Positions 25,985 through 39,172 of a stretch of DNA of 64,000 nucleotides are shown one piece after another. This stretch comes from Haliotis cracherodii (lineage: Eukaryota). Numbering within the stretch: the first letter of the stretch is position 1; each line of letters opens with the position of its first letter. The notes under the pieces are model-generated. The model made no database searches and was not told the origin of the DNA. It was given only the letters and a program-made list of their open reading frames with translations. The stretch lies in assembly GCF_022045235.1 (NCBI RefSeq), contig NW_027266273.1:16988001-17052000 (forward strand), read 5' to 3'. The position numbers and the translations under genes were made by a program.

Positions 25985-28539
25985 CTGTAATAATGAATAT
26001 AAAACTTGTGATTTTTCTTTATTGGATGCACCAGTGAATGTTTCATCTTGTTTAGTTGCTACGTTTTATACCTTCAGGAATATCTTAGACATTCCAAAGT
26101 GCATAATTAACCGAAATAAATTCCTACGCTAATAAATGTCCATTCCGTGTAGGAAGCGTGTCAAACCTTACATTAACTTGAATAGGCTGAATAACAGATA
26201 TTCCTGTTGAAGGCTAACTAATTAGGGCGGATTTAGTGCAATCAACAGTGAGGATTTCAGAGTATTCATGCCCTCGACGAGCAGAGACAGAACACATAAT
26301 CATCTATTGTCCACCTCCACCATGACACGGACAGGGACACGTACATTTCCGCAACACAAAGCCTGAGCAGAAATAATTAGAGAAAGAGAGCTCGCATTAA
26401 CTGGGCTGAAGTTATTTTCAAATGTAGTTGCGCACTTTTACAGAGACATCGGGAGGCGTTCACCGTCACTATCGTAATACACGTTGTACCTTCTTGCTTG
26501 GTCGCAGGTTATTCTTTTCAAACCAGGCACTTAACTAAATCATAAACAGTATATAGGTTACTTTTAAACGGGGAATGTCACAGACATCGTAAACCACGAT
26601 TAACTCCAAGGAATTCTCACTTTTTTTAAATAAAGGATTTCAGAAAGAAATTGTACGCCGATGTTCAAACGTGTTCTTCTCATAGAAAATTTTAACCACA
26701 CATTCATAATCAGTTGGCATTATGTTAGTAAACGTCCTAAGATAGCCTAACTTATTGATGAAACTATTTATAAACTAGGGATGTAACTAAATGTATAACT
26801 GTATATACGCTACTGTTAAAATGGCTGATGTGACATAAATCGTAAACTACTGTCATCTCTAGGGATTTCCCACTCCTTTAAGCTAAAGGATTTCGGACAG
26901 AAATTGTACGCTGGCGTTAAAACGTGTCCTTGTAGCACTCTTCAGTCACATGCAGAATGCGTTGTGTTAGTAAACGTAAGGTAACTCTATTTGACAATTG
27001 ACAAAAACGTCAAATAACTCAAACGTTGTTACCTCCAGGGATAGCCACGTTTGAGTTTCCAATTTCGGTCAGTTCAGACCCATTGGCCCAGAATGGCACA
27101 GACAGGGAGGGTGTTCTTCAGGCTACCTGCGTGGCAGTCTGCGCCAGCCTCCCATGTGTTTTGTTCACAATGTTAAGGGACCGACCATTTTATATTCTGG
27201 GGCTGGAGCAGGTAGGGGGCCTGGGGTTGTGTATGAAAACTGGATATATTTTCAGTTACAGATGTGTAACCAAATGTTGTTTTGTTTTTTAAACACAACA
27301 TTGTTCCTGAATATGTTTGCTTCTAAAACGCATTGCAACACTCTTTGAGGCAGACATGTTATTTTTTAAACAGTCTTAAGCATAATTGATTTTTTCAACC
27401 CTTTAATGTCACAGTATAATTTTTTTTTAATCAATCCCAGAATATCTAGGTAGGTCTCTAACTTTGCCCCAATTCCCAGTTGCTTTACCATCTTGAATAC
27501 CCAAAGTTTCCAGGGGTTTGATCAACGTATGCCTGTCGGATACACGTTAAATCTCATTCATCTTTACTCCCTGAGCAGCGTGCTTTACTCACATGGTTAA
27601 AATACATGACCCCCACTCAGCTCTGTGACACAGTCAGATAATGCCTATTCTCTCAAAACCTTTACAATTTTCCCGTCTGTGTATTTATCTATGGTGCTGC
27701 TGTGGGCAACTATTATCCATTGCAGAACTAAGGAATGTCTTTTTTTTCATTATCACAGTGCACTGTTGTGAGAGGGCACGTATATGAAGTACAAAGAGCA
27801 TTATAAGGTTATAGTTTTTATATTATGCAAAACTAAGCTTCTTAAGGCGCAACAAACAGGCTTAACCTTCAAAGGCAAGCGTCAATCCGTCAACGACGAT
27901 CACCCGCTTCATGCTCAGCTGACGGGACTAGAGGCACTTTTATTGAAAATGACAAATTACTAACAAAAGCACACAAAAAACAGAAATATTAGAGAAAGAC
28001 ACTTTCTGGGCTTCCTCTGAGTAATGACAAAGAACAGAAAATGAAAATGTGTCCCTATTAACAAAACGTGTATGGTTTCATATCGGTTACGGACTTAATG
28101 ACTTGGTATGTGGGTCAGGACTGATACCATCATGTGTACAAACTGAATTAAAGGAATATTGTACCAAAAGAGTATGGTGCGTTGGGCGAGTTTTGTGAGT
28201 GAAGGATTACTGCTGTGAAACCTACCAGCATGTATATTCTTTCTTCATCAATATGCTTAATACCATAGGACAAAATGCAACTTTTCGAGTTTTAAATGCA
28301 TGTATATTAATTAACCCCTCGTTTATTACCATGTCTCCGGCAGTGCAACGATCTGGATAAACCACTTGCTGCATTGATCTCATCAATGTTTCAGAGAAGA
28401 AAATAATATAAAATAATTAATTGGGTAGTTGTATACTTATGCTAATTCCTATCATCTCCACTGTTGTTTTGCTGTTGGTGTTGTTGTTGTATGGAGGTGC
28501 TGTGAGTTGTCATAAGTGACTGGCATGTAAGGTTGTGCT

Positions 28540-28965
28540 TTATGCTTGTTTCGTATTGACGGGTTTAATTGTATGCGTGTTGTTTAGTTGTGAGTATTGT
28601 ATATGTGACAGTGGCATGTTAGTTTTTTTGTATTGCTTGATGCTTCTTTTTGTGGAAGTGGGGAAAGATGTGGCTGCGAGTGAGGGCGTTGGTGAGGGCG
28701 TGGTTGATAATGCAGATGCGGGAGTTGGTATGGGTGCGGGAATGGGTACAGGTGTCGGTACGTTTGAGGAATAAGGTGTGGGTGAGGATACTGTGTGATG
28801 GTGTGGGTGAGGGTTCGGATGTGATTGAGCGATTTTCAATGAGGGTTTGGATGTGTTTAAATCAGCGGGTGTGTTTGAGCGGTTTGAGTAAGCTGCTGTG
28901 AGTGAAGGACTGGATGTGGGAATGGATGTGGTTGAGTGTATATAGGATGCTTGTACAGGGGCTAT
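28540..28965 (-). other. Ser/Thr/Pro-rich low-complexity ORF (mucin-like exon or TE ORF remnant)
   Basis: Long open frame STTSIPTSSPSLT...PTPVPIPAPIPTPAS; possible acceptor ttcataatag near 28962; no clear donor; unique to copy A. Confidence 0.25.
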
Positions 28966-29903
28966 TATGAATGTTATTTTCATAATTATAATAACATGTG
29001 GTGTGTATATAGATAAAATATTGTTTTTATTGTCTTTTAGTGTCTCGCAGACCATTTTGGCCGGCCGCTTTTTTTTACATTCTTGCCTTGTCATTTTATA
29101 TGTACATTGGGTGACATTATAATAAAATATTCTTCTTTTTATTATTCTCCTACTCTATATGGCGCTAGGAGCACAGGCACATACGCTGTGCCAAGTTGCT
29201 TCCCTACTGCCTTGTCAGGATCTTATGTTCGTGGATTCGAATGCCCAATTCACCTTGATAATGGTCACTGGTTTGTCATCGCCATACCCTTGCTTGTCAG
29301 CCGTCCTCCCACATGAGACTGACACGCCGCGACATATATGTAACTGGAAAATAACAGAACCAGCATGGGTTGCTGAAGACCTATTCTATCCCGGATCTTC
29401 ACGGGTATATATTTCAGTGCAGGATAGCAGTGGTACATATTCATATTCGTTTCGGTTAAGATTTATCATTGTGTGATAGAATGGTTTCTTTTGGCGTCTT
29501 TATGGCGCCTTCTTGACTCTTGGACTCCTCAGCAGCCTCTAATACGTTTCCTCTGAACCGGGTTCACCAAATCACAATGGCTTTATGACCATTAGCTGTT
29601 ATGAAATAAAAACTTCGTCAACGATTTTCCTTCTTGAAACCAGTCGTTACGATAATACCATCTGTTACATTTTCTAAGAGCTGGAATTAAGCTGGTTCTC
29701 TTTTCAAGGCAAAGAAAATGAATTTAGTTACTCTCAGACAAAACAAAAGGTGGCGTGTCTGTCAGACTTATTGTTTGTAAAATATCTGAGAACACAACCA
29801 TTCATAAATGGTCAATGCCTGAGACCTGTATCGCTTCGAGCTGTTTTCACTCATTACGCTTATACGCCGTGATATAACTGGAGTACCGTTCAGAGAGACA
29901 TTA

Positions 29904-30236
29904 CCGTATTCGACGTAATTAGCGCCCCGCTCAAATAAGCGCCCACGGCGATATTTGCTAATATATTGGCTAGTGAACAATCCTAATTAGCACCCCATCG
30001 ATTGATCAATTTACACAATACTTATTTACTCGCGTATAATACGCACTCTTGTTTTACTTGCACCCTTATTTATGGGCAATTAAATATATCTGTCGTAAAT
30101 AAACATTTCAGGCTGTAAACATAAACCACGAAATTAACGATCTTTCAACTCTTTTTTTCACCAAAATAATATTCCAAAAAGAGCCCCCTATTTCTAAATT
30201 TGAGAGCGCCCTGGACGCTTATTACGTCGAATACGG
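29904..30236. mobile_element. Tc1/mariner (pogo/Tigger-like) MITE
   Basis: TIRs ccgtattcgacgtaattagcg / cgcttattacgtcgaatacgg; TA duplication at 29902-03 and 30237-38; inserted into a SINE tail (gacat-ta-aaccaaatcactcact). Confidence 0.9.
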
Positions 30237-30334
30237 TAAAACCAAATCACTCACTAATTAGTCAGAACCTTACAGAATTCCATCAAATTTAACCCCCCAA
30301 TCCAGCCATCTGGATAAAGATAAGTACACGTGCG

Positions 30335-30482
30335 GATTCCGGGTAGAAAACATATCCTTAGCAAACTACCGCTTGTGAAAAGATACCACAAAACGGATCG
30401 GTGGTCAGGCTCGGTGACTTACAGGCCGCTGTATTGCTAACATCTGAAATATAGCTGAGTGCGGCGTTACACATACACTCAC
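30335..30482 (+). mobile_element. Degenerate SINE family 2
   Basis: ccgggtagaa...cggatcggtggtcaggctcggtgactt...gctgagtgcggcgtta. Confidence 0.6.
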
Positions 30483-31200
30483 ATAGACAGACACACATGC
30501 TCATGATTATTGGAAACGGTCAATCAAGATGGAGATTTTTTGCGAATATGGAAAGGTTTCTGTCAGGTTTTTTGGGGGGATGGGGGGCTGTTCATAGAGA
30601 ATTTCCTAAAACGGGGAAGGGATCTAGGGTCTACAGAGCCACAAATAGGCGCCCTGTAATACGGATCTGATCAGAACCAATTAATTATATTGTCGCTCTT
30701 TTTGAGACCTGGTCTGACAGAACCAAACGCGATCATTCTAAGATTCACCGGCAATTTTCTTGAAGCTGACATTACCTGGTAACCTAAAATAGTGCACAAA
30801 GCAGCGTTAACTCGGAGTCTTTGAGTTGAAATCTGTGTATACCAATTACATAATGGAACTTCATTCACTGCATTCACCAAATCCGTGTGCGAAATGTGAA
30901 AATGTTCATAACTTTTAATACAAAAGTGGCAAAAGAAAGTCTACACCATGTTTGATGGCGGATAAAATTGAAACAAACTAAACGTGGTTATTCATTCAGG
31001 AAAGAATCGGGTGGTCTTTAACCTCTTTTGAGTAGTATATACTGACAATCCGTTCTTAATGGTATTGTTGGTTGGTTTACGCCACGGAGGCCTATAGATA
31101 ATCGGGCACAGATAAACCAGACGTTTTTCGTCAAAGTAGATATGTCACATTTCGATTCCACGTACCTTCATACATAGTTGTCACTACATATTAACGTCCG

Positions 31201-31344
31201 GGGGCGGTCGGGTAGCCTAGTGGTAAAAAAGCGAAGACCCGGGTTCGATTCCCGACATGGGTACAATGTGTGAAGCCCATTTCTGGTGTCACCCGCCGTG
31301 ATATTGCTGGAATATTGCCAAAAGCGGCATAAAACCATACTCAC
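31201..31344 (+). mobile_element. SINE family 1
   Basis: A/B boxes; 20-bp TSD tcactaca(t/c)attaacgtccg at 31181-31200 / 31345-31364. Confidence 0.93.
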
Positions 31345-31599
31345 TCACTACACATTAACGTCCGAAAGCAATTGTAGAGGGATGGCAGCAACAGCGAATA
31401 TATCGTCAGCGACACAAGGTCATAAATTGATAAGAACTTATAAATAGTATTAAAATTTAGTGCCTTAAGGTATATTCTGTAAGTTGAATATCCTTAATTA
31501 TTCATGGGTACAGAATGGCTGGAATATTAGAAAAGTGGCATAAACCACAACTCACTATAATCATTTACAATCATAGTGAACATTACCAATGACAGTATT

Positions 31600-31880
31600 A
31601 CTTGAATTCTTTATTCAGTACGACACAGGCCACAGGCCCGTTGTACAAAATGTATGACATATTTATGGCAACAGTCACAATGATAAAATACGTGTTTTTT
31701 ATTCGTTACTGTGATACAGATATTTAGCGATATTAATAATATTAATGTTAAATATTACATGGTAAAGTTTAAATTCTGCGGCAGATACGGCCATACATCA
31801 ACATATATACGTACTGCGATATGTACATGACGAATGGCGTTAAGGCACATACAAGCTAATACTAATGCGATCTCTTCTCT
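31600..31880 (-). mobile_element. CR1/L2-type LINE 3' end fragment
   Basis: ttctttattcagta...ggccacaggccc terminus shared with the LINE fragment at 56440-56470. Confidence 0.55.
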
Positions 31881-33569
31881 TGTGACAGTCTTTAATAGTA
31901 GGGGGTATTTTTGTTTGGTCGTTTTTCATTTAGCACAAATATCAAACAGCTGTATGACGTCGTTTAAATGGTACATCATTGATTGGTCCTGCTTTAAAGT
32001 GAATGCTGACAACATTTAAGCTTTCTTTTTCTTTTTCTTTTTTTATTCCATTTTCCATCATATTTTACATTTCAATATCATACATAGAGTGTGCATGGAT
32101 CTATTCTGACATTATTGACATGTTTGTACCATGGACAGATCATTTATCATAGTTATACAGAGTTACGAAATGACACATGTAGAGAATAACAATTTGAATA
32201 TGCAATACATTTTGTAATTTCATAATATCGAAGTATTTCTTTTTGAATTAGTAAAAACATTGGTTTGACTTTTTTTCTATTTAATGTGTACAGCATAGAT
32301 TTTGTTACCATAATTACTGCATTGAGTGAATTGTTATTCTTCTCTTTAAATCCAAACAGTATGTGTTCATTACTAAAATTAACTCTGCCTTCTGTGTAGT
32401 TTCCAAGCCAATCTGAAAGTTTCGTCCATACATCAGCAGTGACAATTACATAATACATGAGTAATTGTTTCAGATGGTTCACTACATAATGAACAAACTG
32501 GCGATTCAACATATCCAATTTTAAATGAGTAACAGTTAGTAGTCAAAATATTATGTATAACTTTAAACTGAAACCATCTTAATTCAGAACTTTGTGTACA
32601 TCTTTTTGCCATAAAATTAAAGTTTGTCCACTCTGTATCGGTATACTGTGTTTCAAGAAAATCTTCCGAATTTACTGTAGCACTTATGTTTTATAAATTC
32701 AGGGTTTAATAGGGCTTCATAAAATACCTTGCTTCCCTTTTTTGTTTCTTTTTGATACATTATATGGCAGTACAGGTCTTTGGCAAACTATAGCACAATG
32801 TATTATATTGTTATTCTGTAAATACATGACTATTGATTGTTTTACTCCTTTGTAGGTCAAAAAGTCTGTCTTCAAACTGTATGTTTGTACAAATTCATCA
32901 AAATCATATAATACTTTCCCTGTGTCATGAATGAAGTCATGTATATATGCTATACCCTTTTGATGCCATCGGGGAAAATAAATGGACTTACCATCAATTT
33001 TGATTTCATTATTATACCAGACAGATGTGCTCATCATGTCCTCACCAGATTGTTTAACATTATCACAGCAATTCAAGTATACCGACCACCATAACAAAAC
33101 TTCCTTCCAAAAGTTATTGTTGATGTTTGGAATAACCTTTTCATTAATATAGTCAGCATCAGACAGTTAAATTACATTTGCGCTAGCAACATTTTCAAAA
33201 AGGAAAGCTGTCCATGTGGAATTACCATGAACCAGTCTCTTAATCCAGCTTAATTGTTGTGCGGCGATAACCATTTCCACCACTGGGACACTGATGCCGC
33301 CATATTTAGGATGTAATGACATAATTTTCCTATCAACTTTGTCAGGTTTAGATCTCCAGATGAAGTGGAAGCATTTTGACTGAAACTTTTCTATTACAAT
33401 TTTGGGTGGGCTTGGTATACTGCAAAATAGGTGATTGAGTTTGGGTAACAAAATGATTTTAGTGCAACATTTCTACCCATAGGTGGCAGGGTTCTCTTTT
33501 CCCACATTTTCATTTCCTATCCACCCAAAAGAATTGTATAAATTCTGCTGAAAACCCGCCTGGGCCCGG

Positions 33570-36500
33570 TGTTACGACGTAAATTGTAATAAAAAGGTAA
33601 ACTGTAATACTTGCAGCAAATTGTAATAATTTTGACGTAAATTGTAATAACAACGTAAATTGTAATAATACTTGACGTAAATTGTAATACGCAAATTGAA
33701 ATAAAAATTGACGTAAATTGTAATAATCCCAACTTGCGGTAAAATGTAAGAACTTTTTACGTAATTTGTCATTACCTTATAAGTTTAGTGTCAAAGGCGT
33801 TAAATGACTAGAACCTATCCTTGTCAGGGTTGGTACAGGGTTTATCGTACAATCGTCATTAAAGTATGGGTGTGGGGGAGGATTGAGGTCGTTATCGTAC
33901 ATTGTTGTATAATTATATGTATATATAAACGCATAGGAATTTCATTTCAACGGTTGTCAAGAAGAGGATTAATTACTAGAATGAACTTAGTTTTCTTGTT
34001 TATTTGAGAATTACTCTGTGTGTTTTGTACCTAATTGTAATATATCCTATTGACGATTTTCATCATAATTGTTGACATTTAACCTAATGGAATCATATTT
34101 CAGTTGGTAAGGTAGGTAGTAATATACACAATGGAATACTTATAACGTAACCTTAATCAATTATTTTACGTGCAGCTTGTGTCATGTCTGTATGGTTAGA
34201 ATGATACTCTAGCAACTGTACACATCGAAATTTATGACTGAAAGATCCATCCTCGGGTTAAAAATGATGGATGACATTAGGTACGTCTATTCGACAAATA
34301 GGTTAATTGATTTATCATACAATAGTAGCTTAGCTAGGAGTCCATTGCAATAACATTGAGTTACGAGTTGAGATAATGACCGTTTCCTTGAAACAAACGA
34401 GACAATTCAATCGTATTTATACATTATATTTTGACGAAGAATTCAAATACAACAAATGAGTGACAGATCTCCTGTGCAATGTCAAAGGGGAAAAAACAGT
34501 CGTCAGCAAATGCAGCATAGATTTCCCATGCATGGGAAAGGAGAATACTTAATACATAACATTATATACAATGTTTTTTTTATTAATATCAAAAGAGGGG
34601 CGTTGATATGCTTTACCTACATTGCATATACTATTAGATATTTTGTATTCTATATCTCTGTGAACTTCTCACAGATGAAGAAATAATAACAAATAATGCA
34701 AGCCATGTTAACTTATGCAATATTTGTAGCAATGTATGATTAACATATGGATCATTAATATAACATAAAATATTTCCTTTCATAGGAAGAAGTATATTTA
34801 ATGAAATAAATGAATAAATGTAACTGTCTGGATTCCTTTCATATGTCATGAAGAACTAGCAACCACTCAGTGATAATTTTTGCGGTGATTATAACTCCTT
34901 GCTTCAACAACAAAAACAGAATCCATCATGATAACGGCACGAAATCATAATTCAAAGCATACACAAATAATATCCGGTATTTTCGGGCATGTCTTGTTGA
35001 GTTTCAAAGAGCATCAGAATGTATAATAAATTTGTTGCAATCAATTATTGCTGAAATATATCTGTTTTGATCAAAATTGAAAGGATGGAAAATCTATAAT
35101 GAAAAGGGTTTTGTCACTAACGTAAATATTCTCTTTGACCTTATACGAAGAGTATTCTAAGATCATTAAACTTGGTAATCGTTGGTGGATTGCGCCAAAC
35201 AACCTTGATACCAAATTTGGTACCTCACGTATAATGCGGTAGATTATTTTTCGAAACAGATAATTACGTTTTGCATAAGTTATCACTAATTTGTGACATA
35301 TATACGGACAAAAATTACCTCAGAGGATAATCTTCTCTGGGGGTTTAAGAGGATTAAAATAATTCCAGCTAACATCAAGCACTGTAATAAAATATTGAAA
35401 TTATAGCATACCTTCTTAACATTCCAATGAAAAGAATAGTGACTAAGAAACCAAATTATATTTATCTCCGNNNNNNNNNNNNNNNNNNNNNNNNNNNNNN
35501 NNNNNNNNNNNNNNNNNNNNNNNNNNNNNNNNNNNNNNNNNNNNNNNNNNNNNNNNNNNNNNNNNNNNNNNNNNNNNNNNNNNNNNNNNNNNNNNNNNNN
35601 NNNNNNNNNNNNNNNNNNNNNNNNNNNNNNNNNNNNNNNNNNNNNNNNNNNNNNNNNNNNNNNNNNNNNNNNNNNNNNNNNNNNNNNNATATATATAAAC
35701 TTGATGTATCGAACATTGTTGTATATGTATTAACTCACTTGAGTGTTATTTCTGTAGGTTAAGTACGTGGTTATCAACACAATGTATTTATATATAAAAT
35801 ATATGTTTGGGATGCTTTCCTTGCATTTAAAGTGTGTTAGCAGTAGTTGAAAAGAGCGATTCAGCATGAAACCAAATTTGAAATGGGGTAAAACAGTTGT
35901 TACATAGTGTATGAAATACCCTCTGAAGACATATATTGCCGTCTCAAATTTAGAAGTTTTAACTCAATTTCAGAAAAAAAAGTGATAAGGGTAGGCAATT
36001 AGAACCAGGTAAAAAAAATCGGAGCAAAATATAATTTGACTTTTATATAAGTCACCAGTCATTTCATTGGAATTTCAAGAGAGTATGTTATAACAGTGCT
36101 TGACGTAGCCTAAATTACTTTAATCCTCTTAATCTTTCAGAGGAGGTTATGTTTTCAGTGGATTATGGTACGTATATATTTCGTATCAAGGTTTCTTGGC
36201 GCAATCCACCAACGATTGTCGAGTTTAATGATCTTCAAGTACGTTTCAAGGTCAAAGAGAAAATTTACTTTAGTGACAAACATATATTCATTATAAAGTT
36301 TAAATTCCTTTCTATTTGGATACAAGCAGATATATTTCAGCAATTGATTGCAAGAAATTTATGATAATTCGTATACTCTTTGAAACTGTACAAGAGTTAT
36401 CCGAAGATACCGGATGTTATTTGTGTATGCACGGGATCTGAAATCATTTGTTGTATTTGAATTCTTCGTCAAAATAAAATGAATTGTAAATTCCCTCGTT

Positions 36501-37140
36501 TGTTTCAAGAAAAGGATCATGTACTCCTTATCAAATCGTATGGCGTTTCCACTGCAAATCCACACACTGGTTGACCAACCTGTGTTGGTACCCTTCGTCA
36601 TCACTCGTTCAGTCGTGTCGAACTGGTCAACGTACTGTTGAAGCAAGTCATACAAAAATCATCTTGAATAGCCTTATAAGAGTATTGAACAATATGTCAC
36701 AATTAAGTTATTTGTCGAACATACGGTTGTGTAACCCATCATTTTGAACCCGAGGATGGATCTTTCAGTCATCTTAATTTATCGATGTTGACACCTCCCT
36801 TTAATGACGTATATACGATAAAGCTTATACCAACCATCCCTAACTTAAAAGTTTTGTACGTTTGTCAATTGTACATGTGAAACGCAAGCTCAACTGACAA
36901 AGATAATTTCTAGTCAATTGGCGTCTTGGACAAGGTTATTACAATTTACGTAAGAATTTATTACATTTTACCGCAAGTAGAGATTATAACAATTTACGTA
37001 AATTTTTGTTACAATTTGCGTATTACAATTTACGTCAAATTTTATTACAATTTACGTTGTTATTACAATTAACGTCAAAATTATTACAATTTGCTGCAAG
37101 TATTACAATTTACCTTTTTATTACAATTTACGTCGTAACA
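33570..37140. mobile_element. Foldback DNA transposon with TGT...ACA termini (Ginger-like, non-autonomous)
   Basis: ~210-bp TIRs tgttacgacgtaaattgtaat... built of cgtaaattgtaat subrepeats; CCCGG duplicated (33565-69 / 37141-45); removal restores LINE codons KNNKSPGPGGFSAEF; diverged internal inverted arms. Confidence 0.92.
35471..35688. other. Assembly gap (218 N)
   Basis: N run near the centre of the foldback element. Confidence 1.
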
Positions 37141-38920
37141 CCCGGGCTTTTATTATTTTTTTCAGTGCTTCAAGTACCTCATCATAAGTCTCCCTCAAGA
37201 GAAGAAGCTATATCATCACCTAGTCTTGGCACATGGGTATCAGAAAATAGGTTTTCTAAATTGATCTGTGTGCAATCTTCATTTTTATACAATTTCTGAT
37301 AATATTCTCTAAATTCTTGAATTTGTTCATCTTGTTTATTCATTTGTGTCCCATCTCCCTTTGCAAGTAATGATATGGATTTGTTTAAGAAGTTTCTATA
37401 TTCAAGTTGCAGAAAATATATCAAGGGTTTTTCACCTTGTTCTATTCATTTGGCCTTTGATATAATAAAAGAGCCTTCGGTTCTTATTCTATGCAAATTT
37501 TCCAATTCTAGTTTAGCTGAATTTAATTGTTCCATTAATTCTCCCATCTCTCTCTTTATATATTTTGTTCTCCTAACTTATTTTTCAAGCCGATTTAAAT
37601 CGTATTTCTTCTCTGGATTCCAAAGCTATGTTTTCCTTTTTTACGTGTTGATGAGAATAATATTGAGATTCCCCTAATATTTAAAAGTATCATTTCCCAA
37701 AGTAGTTGGTCATCACTTGTAAATACCCTCTCATATTGTCTTCATATTGATCTAGAGTATCATTAATTGTTTCCTTAACCATTGCAACAAAGTGTTTATC
37801 TTACAAAAATAGGTTATTAAATTTCCAAAAGCCTTTTCCCTTTTGTATATCTGATAGTGAAACAGTAAAAGATGTAAGTGAATGGTCAGAATTTATACTT
37901 AGGTATTATATCGCTGTCTTCACATTGTGTGAGACTAAAAAATAATCCAAACGAGCTTGCTTTATTGGTGTGGATTGTCGCCAGGTGTATCTTCTTGCAA
38001 ATTGATATAATTCTCGCCCTGGGTCTTTAAATGTAAGCTATGAATTGTCTCCAAAAGTTCCTTTCTTGCTTTGGGGTGGTTAATATGTTTATTATTACAA
38101 GTGTCTTTATCATGATCAATTATTAAATTCCAATGACCACATGTAATGATTCTTACTCATGTTAATTCTACTGCTAGTTCCTTTATTTTTTTTGGTTTGT
38201 CCGAAATTGGTTCATATAAGTTAATTATGGTATATATTTTGTCATCAATACTAACATCTAATGCCACGAAGTTACCTTCATCTGTATCTATAATTGAATG
38301 CATAACCTTGAATTCAAAATTGTTATTAAATAAAATAGCTGTACTCCTTGCATTGCTTTTAAAAGGACAAATATAACATTCTTTATAACCCCATTGTTGT
38401 GTAATTATTTGTTCTTGATCTACTGTGAAATGTACATCTTGCAGACAGTAAATCTAGGCTTTTTTATTTTTCAAAAAAACTAAATACTTGTTTCCTTTTA
38501 AAAGTATTATTTAAGCCTCTACAATTGAGTGCTAAAATCTTAAATTTCCCCTTTTTGTATTTTGTCATAAATTAATATTTTGCCATAATAAATTAGTATA
38601 GTTTTGTCTGTTGTATAGATTCTATATTTGCACACTGCAGGTTTGGATGGGAAAATGCTTCCTTTGATGTCCTCCCGAGTTCCTACCGAAACCGCCCAAG
38701 TATAAATAGACAACAAAGTCAATACAATGTCAGTGACGTAAAAAAGCGCCGAACGTCAGTGATAGCTTCACTTCCGGTATCGTACGCAAGTATTATCAAT
38801 TCATTGAACCAGTTGCACAACGACAAAAAATCAATGCCTTACATGGTAAAGAGTAATATATTAACAGAGCATTGACATCTTAAAGTCTGTTTGAATGCGT
38901 CTTATACTTACATGCAGTTA

Positions 38921-39172
38921 GGATCCGTGAAGATCCGGGGTAGAATAGATCTTCAGCAACCCATGCTTGCCGTGAAACGCGACTATGCTTGTCGTAAAAG
39001 GCGACTAACGGGATCGGGTGGTCAGGGTCGCTGACTTGGTAGATGCATGTCATAGATCCCACATTGCGAGGATCGATGCTCATGATATCAATCACTGGAT
39101 TGTCTGGTCCGGACTCGATTATTTACAGACCGCCGTCATATAGCTGGAATATTGCTGAGTGCGGCGTTAAAC
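38921..39172 (+). mobile_element. SINE family 2 interrupting LINE ORF1
   Basis: Near-consensus copy with a doubled tgcttgycgt..gcgact module; no TSD found. Confidence 0.92.

Larger units (their letters stand above)
23640..31110 (+). repeat. Duplication unit copy A
   Basis: Collinear blocks shared with copies B and C (e.g. 24010-24400, 24420-25330, 27500-28140, 30480-31110). Confidence 0.88.

Noticed and set aside
35427-35762. ORFs spanning the N run
   Set aside because: Artefacts of the assembly gap
38921-39020. Canonical HDV-like ribozyme in the SINE family 2 leader
   Set aside because: Could not thread the P1-P2-P3-P1.1-P4 order by eye; reported only as an unclassified structured leader
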